From: Alphaproteobacteria bacterium
GTDB taxonomy: Bacteria; Pseudomonadota; Alphaproteobacteria; Bin95
DNA length: 64,000 bases
Direction of reading: 5' to 3'
NCBI GenBank assembly: GCA_964291285.2
Contig: OZ219787.1
Span: forward strand, 1,120,001-1,184,000
In this document: in pieces, positions 9,644-23,816 of the stretch
Position numbering within the stretch: position 1 is the first letter of the stretch
Layout: each line of letters starts with the position of its first letter
Position numbers and translations under genes: made by a program
Notes under the pieces: generated by a model
Databases searched by the model: none
What the model was told of the DNA's origin: nothing
The model's input: the letters and a program-made list of their open reading frames with translations, nothing else

Positions 9644-10356
9644 GCCGCCCGCCCGCCATCCTGCTGGTGCGCCCGCAGCTCGGCGGGAATATCGGCATGG
9701 CGGCCCGCGCCATGCTGAATTGCGGGCTGGACGAACTCAGGCTCGTCGCCCCGCGCGACGGCTGGCCGAACCCGGCGGCGCAGGCGGCGGCGGCCGGCGC
9801 GGACGCCGTGATCGGGAATGCGCGCGTCTTCGGCACGGCGGCGGAGGCTGTGGCCGACCTGCAACTCGTGCTGGCGGCGACGGCGCGGCGGCGCGATGTC
9901 GAGAAGCCCGTCCACGGCCCCCGCGAAGCGGCCCGCCTGCTGCGCGACTCCGGCGCGCGGACGGGCGTGCTGTTCGGGCCGGAACGCAGCGGCCTCGACA
10001 ATGACGAACTGGGTCTCGCCGCCGCCATCGTTGAGGCCCCGCTCAACCCGGCGTTCCCGTCGCTCAATCTCGCCCAGGCCGTGTTCCTGGTGGCATGGGA
10101 GTGGCGCATGGCAGGCCCGCCGCCCCAACCGCCGCCGCCGAGCGGGCTTGCCGCAGCGGAAGCCTTCGAGGGCTTCTGGCAGCATCTCGACGGCGCGCTC
10201 GACGCCGCCGGCTACTACCGCGAACCGAAGCTCAAGCCCACCGTCCAGCGCAATCTCCGCGCCGTCTTCGCCCGCGCCGGCCTCACCGACCAGGAGGTCC
10301 GCACGCTCCGCGGCGTCGTTGCGCGGTTGGCTTCGGGAAGTCGAAACAAGGGCTAG
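9640..10356 (+). CDS. trmJ: tRNA/rRNA methyltransferase, TrmJ/LasT family
   Basis: PQLGGNIGMAARAMLNCGL, FGPERSGL, SLNLAQAV, EVRTLRGV. Confidence 0.88.
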   Translation: MSRPPAILLVRPQLGGNIGMAARAMLNCGLDELRLVAPRDGWPNPAAQAAAAGADAVIGNARVFGTAAEAVADLQLVLAATARRRDVEKPVHGPREAARLLRDSGARTGVLFGPERSGLDNDELGLAAAIVEAPLNPAFPSLNLAQAVFLVAWEWRMAGPPPQPPPPSGLAAAEAFEGFWQHLDGALDAAGYYREPKLKPTVQRNLRAVFARAGLTDQEVRTLRGVVARLASGSRNKG

Positions 10357-10369
10357 CGGCTTCCTCCCC

Positions 10370-11284
10370 TCACTCCAGCCCCATGAGGCTGCGGGCGAAG
10401 TCGCGGGGGGCGAAGGGGCGGAGGTCTTCCTCGCCTTCGCCGACGCCGACGGCGTGGACCGGCAGGCCGACGCTCTCCGCGAGCGCCACGACGACGCCGC
10501 CCCTGGCCGAGCCGTCGAGCTTGGTCACGACGAGGCCCGTCACCTCCGCCATGTCCCGGAAGGCGCGGACCTGTTGCATCGCGTTCTGCCCGGTGGTCGC
10601 GTCCAGCGTCAGCACGGTGTCGTGCGGCGCGTCCGCGTCCTGCTTGGCGATCACGCGGGCGATCTTGCCGAGTTCGTCCATCAGGTTGGCCTTGTTGTGC
10701 AACCGCCCGGCCGTGTCGATCAGCAGGATATCGGTCCCGTCGCGGATCGCCTGTCCGTGGGCGTCGAAGACGAGGCCGGCGGCGTCCGCCCCCGCCGGCC
10801 GGGCCACGACAGGCGCGCCGACCCGCTCGCCCCAGAGCTGCAACTGCTCCACCGCCGCCGCCCGGAAGGTGTCGCCGGCCGCCAGCAGCACGGAGCGCCC
10901 CTCGGCGCGGAAGGCGTGGGCGAGCTTGCCGATCGTCGTCGTCTTGCCGGTGCCGTTCACGCCCACCACCAGGATGACGTGGGGCTTGCGCGCCGGATCG
11001 GGCATGAGCGGGCGGGCCACCGGCTCCAGCAGGCCGGCGATTTCCTCCGCCAGCACGCCGCGCACTTCCTCGCCCGACACCTCCTTGCCGAAGCGTGTCT
11101 GCGCGAGGCCGGATGCCAGGCGCGCGGCTGTGGCCGGCCCGAGGTCCGCCATGATGAGCAGGTCCTCCAGCTCCTCCAGCGCGTCACCGTCCAGCCGGCG
11201 CCGGTTGAAGATGCCCGCAATCCCGTCCGCGAGGCGGTCGGAGGATCGCGACAGCCCCTGCCTCAGCCGCTGAAGCCAGCTCAC
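10370..11284 (-). CDS. ftsY: SRP receptor FtsY
   Basis: GVNGTGKTTTIGKLA, DTFRAAA, DTAGRLHNK, TKLDGSARGG. Confidence 0.96.
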   Translation of the reverse strand: MSWLQRLRQGLSRSSDRLADGIAGIFNRRRLDGDALEELEDLLIMADLGPATAARLASGLAQTRFGKEVSGEEVRGVLAEEIAGLLEPVARPLMPDPARKPHVILVVGVNGTGKTTTIGKLAHAFRAEGRSVLLAAGDTFRAAAVEQLQLWGERVGAPVVARPAGADAAGLVFDAHGQAIRDGTDILLIDTAGRLHNKANLMDELGKIARVIAKQDADAPHDTVLTLDATTGQNAMQQVRAFRDMAEVTGLVVTKLDGSARGGVVVALAESVGLPVHAVGVGEGEEDLRPFAPRDFARSLMGLE

Positions 11285-12525
11285 GCCGCCAGCACCTCCG
11301 CGACCAGCCGGTCCTTCTCCACCCGGCGGACCCGCGCGCGCCGGACCGAACCGGGCAGGGCAGGCCCTTCGAGACGGGCGGGCGCGAACTGCTCGGTGCG
11401 CCCGACGCCTTCCTTCTCCACGGCGACGCGCTCGGTCATCCCGACCCGGCTTGCGAGGAAGCGCCCGGCCGCAGCCTCCCCGGCGGCCCTGAGCCGGCGG
11501 GCGCGTTCCTTGCGAAGCGGCGCGGGCACCTGCGGCATCCGCGCCGCCGGCGTGCCCCGGCGCGGGGAGTAGGGGAAGACATGCAGCCAGGTGAGAAGGC
11601 AGGCTTCCACCAGATCGAGGCTGCCGGCGAACATCGCTTCGGTCTCGGTCGGGAAGCCGGCGATCAGGTCCGCCCCGAAGGCGATTTCAGGGCGCAACGC
11701 CTTCAGCCGCTCGCAAAGCGAGACGACGTCGGCCGCGCTGTGCCGGCGCTTCATGCGCTTCAGCACCATGTCGTCGCCCGCCTGCACGGAGAGGTGCAGA
11801 TGCGGCATCAGCCGGGGCTCTTCGGCCAGCAGCCGGAAAAGCTCGTCGTCGACGGCGGCGGGATCGACGGAGGAAAGCCTGAGCCGGCGCAGCTCCGGCA
11901 CCTGCGCCAGCAGGCGGCGGACCAGCTGCCCGAGCCGGGGCGCGCCCGGCAGGTCGGCGCCCCAGGACGCAATGTCCACGCCGGTCAGCACGATTTCGGC
12001 CGCGCCCGCCTCCAGCAGGCGGCGGACCTGCGCGGCGACCCCGCCGAGCGGCACGCTGCGGCCGGGGCCGCGGCCGTAAGGGATGATGCAAAAGGTGCAG
12101 CGATGGTCGCAGCCCTGCTGCACCTGCACGAAGGCCCGCGCCCGGCCGCCGAACCCGTCCAGCAGGTGCGCCGCCGTCTCGCGCACGCTCATGATGTCGT
12201 CCACCAGCGCCGGTGGCGCGTCCGGCTTCCAGGCCCCGGTGGTCAGCTTCTCGGCATTGCCGACGACCCGGTCCACCTCCTCCATAGCGAGCCAGCGTTC
12301 CGGCGCGATCTGGGCGGCGCAGCCTGTCACCACGATCTGCACGCCGGGCCGTTCGCGCCGGGCCCTGCGGATCGCCTGCCGCGCCTGCCGCTCGGCCTCC
12401 GCCGTCACCGCGCAGGTGTTGAAGACCACGGCTTCGCCGCAACCGGCCTCGGCCGTCAGCTGGCGCATGGCCTCGGACTCCCAGGCGTTCAGGCGGCAGC
12501 CGAAGGTGACGATCTCTGCGGTCAC
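11281..12525 (-). CDS. mtaB: tRNA t6A37 methylthiotransferase MtaB
   Basis: TFGCRLN, NTCAVT, radical-SAM GCDHRCTFC, IAGFPTET; lies between dapF and ftsY; GTG start overlaps the dapF stop. Confidence 0.92.
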   Translation of the reverse strand: MTAEIVTFGCRLNAWESEAMRQLTAEAGCGEAVVFNTCAVTAEAERQARQAIRRARRERPGVQIVVTGCAAQIAPERWLAMEEVDRVVGNAEKLTTGAWKPDAPPALVDDIMSVRETAAHLLDGFGGRARAFVQVQQGCDHRCTFCIIPYGRGPGRSVPLGGVAAQVRRLLEAGAAEIVLTGVDIASWGADLPGAPRLGQLVRRLLAQVPELRRLRLSSVDPAAVDDELFRLLAEEPRLMPHLHLSVQAGDDMVLKRMKRRHSAADVVSLCERLKALRPEIAFGADLIAGFPTETEAMFAGSLDLVEACLLTWLHVFPYSPRRGTPAARMPQVPAPLRKERARRLRAAGEAAAGRFLASRVGMTERVAVEKEGVGRTEQFAPARLEGPALPGSVRRARVRRVEKDRLVAEVLAA

Positions 12526-13361
12526 GGCCCTGCCTCCGGCACATGCGCTTCGAACTCGCCCCGGAAGCTCACCGCGGCCGGCCCGGTCATCAGCAGGTGG
12601 CCGTCGCTCTCGCGCCACTCGATGAAGAGCGGCCCGCCGTCGAGGCGCACTTCCATCCGCCGCCCGCCGAGGCCCCGGCGATAGGCGGCAGCGGCCGCCG
12701 CGCAGGCCCCGGTGCCGCAGGCGCGGGTGACGCCGACTCCCCGCTCCCAGACGCGCAGCCGCATGGCGTCCCGGCCCTGCATCTCCGCCACGCCCACATT
12801 GACGCGCTCCGGGAACGTTGCGTCATGCTCGATCTCGGGGCCCCATCGTTCCAGGTCCACGCCCCCGGCATCCTCCACGAAAAAGGTGGCGTGCGGGTTG
12901 CCGATATTCGTCGCCGTCGGCCCTGCCAGCGGGCCATAAGCCAAATCCAGACGGAGCGTGTCGGCCGGACCGGCGAGTGGAATCTCGTCCCAGGCGAGCC
13001 GCGCCGGCCCCATATCGACCCGCACCAGCCCGGCGTCGGCGCGCGCCGCCCGGAGCGTTCCCGCGACGGTCTCCACCGCCGCTTCGTCCCGCCCGCATTC
13101 GTCGAACAGGAGCGCCGCCACGCAGCGCGTGCCGTTGCCGCAGGCCTCGACTTCGCCGCCGTCGGCGTTGCGGATTTCCATGAACACGTCGCCGCCGCGC
13201 ATGGGCGGGCGCAGCACCATGAACTGGTCGCAGCCGATGCCGGTGCGCCGGTCCGCCACGCGGCGGTAACCCGCCTCGGACCAGCCGAGCGGCCGGGCGC
13301 GCGCGTCCAGCACGACGAAATCATTGCCGAGCCCGTGCATCTTGACGAAGGGAATGCCCAT
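12522..13361 (-). CDS. dapF: Diaminopimelate epimerase
   Basis: KMHGLGNDF, GIGCDQ, EACGNGTRC, GNPH, WERGVGVTRACGTGACA. Confidence 0.96.
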   Translation of the reverse strand: MGIPFVKMHGLGNDFVVLDARARPLGWSEAGYRRVADRRTGIGCDQFMVLRPPMRGGDVFMEIRNADGGEVEACGNGTRCVAALLFDECGRDEAAVETVAGTLRAARADAGLVRVDMGPARLAWDEIPLAGPADTLRLDLAYGPLAGPTATNIGNPHATFFVEDAGGVDLERWGPEIEHDATFPERVNVGVAEMQGRDAMRLRVWERGVGVTRACGTGACAAAAAAYRRGLGGRRMEVRLDGGPLFIEWRESDGHLLMTGPAAVSFRGEFEAHVPEAGP

Positions 13362-13538
13362 GGCCTGCTCGCGACCTCCAAACGCCGCTCCCGGCAGCGG
13401 CGGGACCCTATCTAGGGCCGAAGCCCATCCTCCGCAACGGCGGCGGCTGCCTTGACGGTTCCGGGACCGACTCATACGAATCGTCAAAACGAAGGTGCGG
13501 CCAACCGCGCAATCGGCGCAACCCAAGGAGTTGGACCG

Positions 13539-13868
13539 ATGGCAGACCCCGACGCCAGACCCTATGTCATCGAACGCCGCGAGACGGTGGCGGAAACCGA
13601 CACGCTGCGGGTTGGCATACTGACGCTCGCGGCGGGGCAGGAAGTGCCCTGGCACTATCACAGCGAGATCGAGGACACCTTCTACTGCCTGGAAGGCACG
13701 CTCTCGGTGGAAACCCGTGCGCCCAGGGCGCAGCACCTGCTCGAGGTCGGCGAAAGCTGCGCCGTGCCGAAGATGACCGCGCACCGTGTCACGGGGAAGG
13801 CTGGCAGCCGCGCCCGCTTCCTGATCGTGCAGGGCATAGGCACCTACGACTTCTGCCCGGTCGGCTGA
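13539..13868 (+). CDS. Cupin domain protein
   Basis: PWHYHSEIEDTFYCLEG...HRV cupin motifs; SD AAGGAG. Confidence 0.85.
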   Translation: MADPDARPYVIERRETVAETDTLRVGILTLAAGQEVPWHYHSEIEDTFYCLEGTLSVETRAPRAQHLLEVGESCAVPKMTAHRVTGKAGSRARFLIVQGIGTYDFCPVG

Positions 13869-14038
13869 ACGCTGATTCCGGAAAGCAAGCCCCTGCGTGC
13901 AGAGGGCGGCGGCCCGCTGAAGCTCACCTTCGAATTGCACCGGCAGAGGCCCAAGGGTGACGGCGGCGGGCGAAACAATGCAGAATGGCCGCCACCGAAC
14001 GGGGAGGCGGCGGTATCGCCGCGACTTGGGGGAAGCGC

Positions 14039-14821
14039 ATGGAGTTCGAAGGCCGGACCGTCATCGTGACGGGCGCAGGCACGGGTGTGGGGGCGGCTGC
14101 CGCGACGCGCCTCGCCGGGGGCGGCGCCAACATCATCGTCAACTACTCCCGCAGCCGGGACGAGGCGGAGGCCGTGGCGGGCGCCTGCCGGGAGGCGGGC
14201 GGCGACGCCGCGGCGGTGCAGGGCGATGTGGCGGATGACGGTGACTGCAAGCGTCTCGCCGGGGAAGCCGTCGCGCGCTGGGGTCGGATCGATGGCCTTA
14301 TCAACAGTGCCGGCACGACGGTGTTCCGGCCCGGCAACGACTTCGAGACCCTCTCGCAGGAGGACTTCCAGCGCATCTACAGCGTAAATGTCGTCGGCGC
14401 CTTCCTGATGACCCGGGCGGTGGCGGCGCAGATGAAGTCCCAAGGCAGCGGCAGCGTTGTCAACATATCGTCCATTGCGGGCGTGATGGGCGTCGGCAGC
14501 TCTATCGCCTATGCGGCGTCCAAGGGCGCGCTGAATACGCTGACGCTTTCGCTGGCGCGCGCGCTCGCGCCCGAGATCCGGGTTAACACGGTGGCGCCCG
14601 GCTTCATCACCGGCCGCTGGTGGCGCGAGAAGATGGGCGAGGGCTACGACAAGATGGTCGCCAACACCGAGGCGGCGACGCCGCTCAAGCGGGCCGGCAC
14701 GCCGGAGGACATGGCGGCGGCGGCCGTCTGGCTGCTCTGCGGCGACATCAACATCACCGGCGAAATCCTGATCTCTGACGCCGGCATGCATCTCGGCGCA
14801 GCGCCCCTCAAGGCGCGCTGA
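14039..14821 (+). CDS. SDR family oxidoreductase
   Basis: TGAGTGVG, INSAG, YAASKGA, VNTVAPG. Confidence 0.92.
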   Translation: MEFEGRTVIVTGAGTGVGAAAATRLAGGGANIIVNYSRSRDEAEAVAGACREAGGDAAAVQGDVADDGDCKRLAGEAVARWGRIDGLINSAGTTVFRPGNDFETLSQEDFQRIYSVNVVGAFLMTRAVAAQMKSQGSGSVVNISSIAGVMGVGSSIAYAASKGALNTLTLSLARALAPEIRVNTVAPGFITGRWWREKMGEGYDKMVANTEAATPLKRAGTPEDMAAAAVWLLCGDINITGEILISDAGMHLGAAPLKAR

Positions 14822-14972
14822 TACCCCGTTCGGGACGGAAGACCCGGTGCAGAATCCGTTCTGGTAGGCACCGCGTTTCGGTTCGGGCCGGAATTTGTCG
14901 CCCCGGACCCCGATTCGGGGTGACGGCTGGGGCTCTGTCGACGACTCCGTTCCAACCCAAACGGATCGCTCG

Positions 14973-16481
<1,509 letters not shown>

Positions 16482-16588
16482 CGCTCGGTCCTCTCCGGAA
16501 AACGAGGGTGGCGGCGGGCGTTCCCGCAGCCGCCGTTTCGATTTTCACTCATAGCCGCGCCCAAGGGCAAGCCCGTCGCCCCGGCCGC

Positions 16589-19500
16589 TCACCAGGTGTC
16601 GATGAAGGCGTATTTCTTGCCCTCGCGCGGCGGCGCGGGCGGCAGGCGTTTCAGGCTGTTCACGATCCAGCGCCGCGTTTCCGCCGGGTCGATCACGTCG
16701 TCGAGCCCCCCGCCCGCCGCGGCGTTGACGGCGCGGGCGCGCTCATAGGCGTCGGCGACCCGGCGGTCGAACTCGGCCTTGCGCGCCTCCGGGTCCTCGA
16801 TGGAGGCCAGAACCGGGCGGAAGCCGAGCTTCACCGCGCCCTCGATATTCATGCCGGCGAACTCCGCCGTCGGCCACGCCACCATGCAGAAACTGACCAG
16901 CGCGCTTGCCCCGCACATGGCCTGCACGCCGAGCCCGTAGGCCTTGCGGACGATGACGCCGAACATCGGCACGCTGAGGTTCGCGCCGGTGTTGAAGAGC
17001 CGTGTGCAATGGCGGACCAGAGCCGTGCGCTCGTGGTCCGGGCCGACCATGATGCCGGGGCAGTCCATCAGGCTCAGCACCGGAATGTCGAAGGCGTCGC
17101 AGAGTTGCAGGAAGCGCGCGCCCTTGTCCGCGCCGTCGGAATCGACCGCGCCGGCCAGGTGGTGGGGGTTGTTGGCGATGACGCCCATCGGGCGGCCCTC
17201 GATGCGGATGAGGCAGGTGATGATGCCGATGCCGAATTGTTCGCGCAGTTCCAGAACGGAGTCCCTGTCGGCGAGCGTGCGGATGATCTCCCGCATGTCG
17301 TAGAGGCGCACCCGGTTCTCCGGCACCGCATGGCGCAGCATCCGCTGGTCCCCGCCTTCCTCCCAGCGATCCGTCGGCCCCTGGAAATAGGAGAGGTAGC
17401 GCTTGGCGGTATCGACCGCTTCGTCCTCGTCCTCGACGAGGATATCGACCACGCCATTCTTTACTTGGAAGTCCATGGGCCCCACCTCCTCTGGCGTATA
17501 GACGCCGAGGCCGCCGCCCTCGATCATGGCGGGGCCGCCCATGGCGATGGTGGAGCTTTTCGTTGCGATGATGACGTCGCAGCAGGCGAGCAGGGCGGTG
17601 TTGCCGGCGAAGCAGCGTCCGTTGTTGATCCCGACCAGCGGTACGAGGCCGCTCAGCCTCGAGAAGGTGGTGAAGGTGTCGGTGTCGAAGGCGACGCGCG
17701 GGCCGGTATTGTCGTCGCCCGGCCGCCCGCCGCCGCCCTCCGAGAACAGCACCACCGGCAGCCGGAAGCGCTGCGCCAGCTCGAACATCCGGTCCTGCTT
17801 GTAGTGGTTGCGCCGGCCCTGGGTGCCGGCCAGCACGGTGTAGTCGTAATGCACGACGACGGCCCGCGAGCGCGCATCGTCGAAGTCGGCGCCGTTGATC
17901 GAGGCCGTGCCCGCCACCACGCCGTCGGCCGGGTATTTCCGCCTGAGCGTCTCGATGTCGTAGCGCTGGTGCTGGAGGGCGGTGAGCAGCGGCCAGTATT
18001 CCTGGAAGGAGCCGGGGTCCACCAGCTGGTCGATGTTCTCGCGCGGCATCCGGTAGCCCATGCCGTGCCGCCGGGCGACGGCCTCCGGGCGGTTCCCGTC
18101 CAGGGTCCAGGCGTGGCGCGCGACCACCTCTTCGAGGTCCGGGCGGATGAAGTCCGGATCGACCTCCCGGCCGCCCTCGGCGAAATCGCCCTCGACCTCC
18201 GCCGGCTCGATGAAGGCGATGGGCCAGCCTTCGCGGACCACGTCGCCCTGCTCCATCGTCACCCGGCGCACGATCCCGGCGCGCTCCGCCCGGATCTCGT
18301 GCTCCATCTTCATCGCCTCGACCACGGCGACCGGCTGGCCCGCCAGAACCCGGTCGTTCTCCGCGACCAGCAGCGCAACGATGGTGCCCTGGATGGGCGA
18401 CGCCACGCCGGCGAGGCCCTCCGGTTCCGGCGGCCGGCGCCGCTCCTGCTCCGCCTCTGCGGCCTTGACCGCGCGGTCGTGGGCGAACAGCGCCAGCGGG
18501 TCGGTGCTGTCCACGCGCGCGCCGGCGAAGCCGTCCCCGCCGTTCGCCTGTGCAGCGCCGGCGGCGAAGCGGGGCCGCAACCCTTCCGGCGGGGCGGCCA
18601 GCGCGGCGGCCTCCTCCTCCACCCAGCGCGTGTGGGTCCGCCCGGCGGCGAAATCCTCATGCGCCAGCACGTTCATCAGGAAGGGAATGTTGGTCGCCAC
18701 GCCTTCGATACGGAACTCGGCGAGCACCCGCCTGGTCCGCGCCGCGGCATCCGCAAAATCCGGAGAGGGCGAGTGGCAGACCGCCTTGGCGAGCAGCGAG
18801 TCGAAGGCGGTGCTCGTGCGGTAGCCCGCATAGCCGAAGCCGTCCACCCGCACGCCCGGTCCGCTCGGCGCCTCGTAGGCCTCGATCAGCCCGGCCTCCG
18901 GCCGCACCGAGCCGTCGGCAGCCACCGTCTCCATGTTCACCCGCGCCTGGATCGCATGGCCGCGCGGGCGGGCGGCGGCGGGGTCGTCGAGGCCGAGCCC
19001 GGCGAGCGTCGCGCCGCCGGCCAGCCGGAACTGGGCCTCGACGAGATCGACGCCGGTAACGGCCTCCGTCACCGTGTGCTCGACCTGCAGCCGGGCATTG
19101 GCCTCGATGAAGGCGAACGCCGTGCCCTCCGGTTTCTTGCCGGCGTCCACGAGGAATTCGAAGGTGCCGAGATTGACATAGCCGACCGACCGGGCGAGCC
19201 GCACGGCTGCTTCGGCCATCTCGCGGCGCAACTCGGGATCGAGCCCCGGCGCGGGCGCGGTCTCGACGATCTTCTGGTAGCGGCGCTGGACGCTGCATTC
19301 GCGTTCGCCCAGATGCACGGCGTGGCCCGTCCGGTCGCCGAGCACCTGGACCTCGATATGCCGGGCGCGGGGGATGAAGGCCTCGACATACACCTCGCCG
19401 CAGCCGAACGCGGCCTCCGCCTCGGACCGGCAGCGCGCCCAGGCCGGCCCGACCTCGCCGGCCTCGAACACGGCGCGGGCCCCCCGCCCGCCGCCGCCGG

Positions 19501-19984
19501 CGAGTGCCTTTATCATCATCGCGCCGCCGGACCCGAGCGAGTCGAAAAAGGCCTGCGCCTCTTCCAGAGATACGGCGCGGTCGATGCCCTCCGGGACGGG
19601 CACGCCCGCCGCGCGCGCCGCCTTGCGCGCCTCCGCCTTGTCCCCGAAGAGGCGCAGATGTTTCGGGTCGGGCCCGACGAAGCACAGGCCGGCCGCCGCG
19701 CAGGCCTCCGCAAATTCCGCGCGCTCCGAGAGGAAGCCGTAGCCCGGATGAACCGCGTCGTAGCCGCCGTCGCAGGCGGTCTTCACGATCTGCCCGATAT
19801 CGAGATAGGCCGCCGGTCCCGTCCCGGAGAGCGGGTGCGCCTCGTCCGCCATGCGCGTGTGCAGGCTGGCGGCGTCGTCCTCGGAATAGACGGCGCCCGC
19901 GCGCAGGCCGAGGTCGGCGGCGGCGCGCGCAATGCGGATGGCGATCTCGCCCCGGTTGGCGATCAGGACGGCGGAGAGGGTCAT
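16589..19984 (-). CDS. Single-chain biotin-dependent acyl-CoA carboxylase (BC-BCCP-CT)
   Basis: IANRGEIA, HPGYGFLSE, ERECSVQRR, RLQVEH, biotinyl EAMKME, CT motifs YDYTVLAGTQG and GGGRPGD. Confidence 0.92.
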   Translation of the reverse strand: MTLSAVLIANRGEIAIRIARAAADLGLRAGAVYSEDDAASLHTRMADEAHPLSGTGPAAYLDIGQIVKTACDGGYDAVHPGYGFLSERAEFAEACAAAGLCFVGPDPKHLRLFGDKAEARKAARAAGVPVPEGIDRAVSLEEAQAFFDSLGSGGAMMIKALAGGGGRGARAVFEAGEVGPAWARCRSEAEAAFGCGEVYVEAFIPRARHIEVQVLGDRTGHAVHLGERECSVQRRYQKIVETAPAPGLDPELRREMAEAAVRLARSVGYVNLGTFEFLVDAGKKPEGTAFAFIEANARLQVEHTVTEAVTGVDLVEAQFRLAGGATLAGLGLDDPAAARPRGHAIQARVNMETVAADGSVRPEAGLIEAYEAPSGPGVRVDGFGYAGYRTSTAFDSLLAKAVCHSPSPDFADAAARTRRVLAEFRIEGVATNIPFLMNVLAHEDFAAGRTHTRWVEEEAAALAAPPEGLRPRFAAGAAQANGGDGFAGARVDSTDPLALFAHDRAVKAAEAEQERRRPPEPEGLAGVASPIQGTIVALLVAENDRVLAGQPVAVVEAMKMEHEIRAERAGIVRRVTMEQGDVVREGWPIAFIEPAEVEGDFAEGGREVDPDFIRPDLEEVVARHAWTLDGNRPEAVARRHGMGYRMPRENIDQLVDPGSFQEYWPLLTALQHQRYDIETLRRKYPADGVVAGTASINGADFDDARSRAVVVHYDYTVLAGTQGRRNHYKQDRMFELAQRFRLPVVLFSEGGGGRPGDDNTGPRVAFDTDTFTTFSRLSGLVPLVGINNGRCFAGNTALLACCDVIIATKSSTIAMGGPAMIEGGGLGVYTPEEVGPMDFQVKNGVVDILVEDEDEAVDTAKRYLSYFQGPTDRWEEGGDQRMLRHAVPENRVRLYDMREIIRTLADRDSVLELREQFGIGIITCLIRIEGRPMGVIANNPHHLAGAVDSDGADKGARFLQLCDAFDIPVLSLMDCPGIMVGPDHERTALVRHCTRLFNTGANLSVPMFGVIVRKAYGLGVQAMCGASALVSFCMVAWPTAEFAGMNIEGAVKLGFRPVLASIEDPEARKAEFDRRVADAYERARAVNAAAGGGLDDVIDPAETRRWIVNSLKRLPPAPPREGKKYAFIDTW

Positions 19985-20048
19985 GGCGTCTCCCTTGGGG
20001 TCGTTGCGGCGCGCGCGGCGTCTCCGGTCCGCCCCGTATCGCCCCTTT

Positions 20049-20180
20049 CCGTCACCCCGGACTTGATCCGGGGTCCACCCCTGACCGTTTGTACCCGCCG
20101 CAGCCGGTGGAGGGCAGACCCAACCGCCGAGGCTGCCGGGAGAGCCGGAGATGGACCCCGGATCAAGTCCGGGGTGACGG
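20049..20180. repeat. REP/REPIN-like palindromic element
   Basis: Perfect 29-bp inverted repeat CCGTCACCCCGGACTTGATCCGGGGTCCA (20049-20077 / 20152-20180), each arm itself a hairpin; degenerate relatives near 14900-14926 and 20305-20340. Confidence 0.8.
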
Positions 20181-20375
20181 GTTGCCGGGGTGGCCTCTGC
20201 CTTCGCGAGGGCAGGCGGTTGCGGGCCGTGCGATGCAATGCCGACGCCACAGGCGTGTGAAGCCGGCAGGGGCCGGGGCGGCGAGGAGTACGCCGACCGG
20301 ATAGCCGTGGACTCGTTCCGGGGGTGTCCGGGCATGACGGAGGACCCTGCATCGGGGCAATTTCCGGACGGTCTC

Positions 20376-20792
20376 TCAGGGCGCGGGCGCGTAGGGATCG
20401 TAGGAGCCGAAATTCCAGAGATGCCCCTCCGGGTCGAGGGCGCTGTAGAGGCGGCCGCCATAGGGCTGGTCTTCCGGCGCCATCACGACCTCCGCCCCGG
20501 CGGCCGCGGCGCGGGCGTGGTGCGCGTCCACGTCGGCCACGATCAGGTAGGGGCACTGCGTCTGCCGGCCGCCGACCTCGCCGGGCGGGACCATGCGGCT
20601 GTCGTAGTCCCCGTCGCGCGCCTGGCCCAGCATCACCATGCCGTGGCCGAAGGTCAGCTGGGCGTGCTCGATCGCGCCGTCCCCGCCCTCGACGACCAGG
20701 TGGCGCTCGAAGCCGAAGGCGCGGCAGAGCCAGTCCAGCGCCGCGCGGGAATCGCGGTAGCGGAGCGTCGGAATCACGGTGGGCGTCGGCAT
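20376..20792 (-). CDS. VOC/glyoxalase-bleomycin resistance family protein
   Basis: IPTLRYRD...AALDWLCRAFGF...HAQL...DPEGHLWNFG. Confidence 0.88.
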   Translation of the reverse strand: MPTPTVIPTLRYRDSRAALDWLCRAFGFERHLVVEGGDGAIEHAQLTFGHGMVMLGQARDGDYDSRMVPPGEVGGRQTQCPYLIVADVDAHHARAAAAGAEVVMAPEDQPYGGRLYSALDPEGHLWNFGSYDPYAPAP

Positions 20793-21044
20793 CGGGAACC
20801 CTTCGCAAGCGGTCGGTCGCCGCCATTGGTCGCGCGCCTCCGCCCGCCGGTCAAGCCCGGCCAATAGGGGATTTATTTCTTAAATCACTTGTAATTCTCC
20901 AGCCGCACACTATATTTTCTACGGGATTGCGGGTTGGAAGCGGGAACATGACTTGAACGGGCGGGCGGTCGAGCCCCATGCAGCGGGAAGCGGAGCCGTG
21001 AAAGCGTCGGGCCGGGACGGACAGGAGAGCGACTGTGTTGTCGG

Positions 21045-23559
<2,515 letters not shown>

Positions 23560-23816
23560 GTCCGCTCCCGCTGTTGCGACTATAGCTGCAACAACGATCC
23601 GGAGAGATACAAGGTGCGCGCGCGCGCACGGGCCGGGGTTGCGGATGTCGCACCAGGTTGCCAACGGCCGGGGCGCCCGGCCCGTACCGAAGGCCATCGG
23701 GATATCCGACCGGGTGGATAAGGGGCGGCGGCCGCCCCCTCGTCATCCCGGACGGGGCGGCGAAGGAGACGCGCGGCGCTTGCATGTTGCGCGGCGCTCG
23801 GCGACAAGGGGAGACG

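Noticed and set aside
16589-19984. BC-BCCP-CT fusion as a novelty
   Set aside because: Single-chain acyl-CoA carboxylases are an established family
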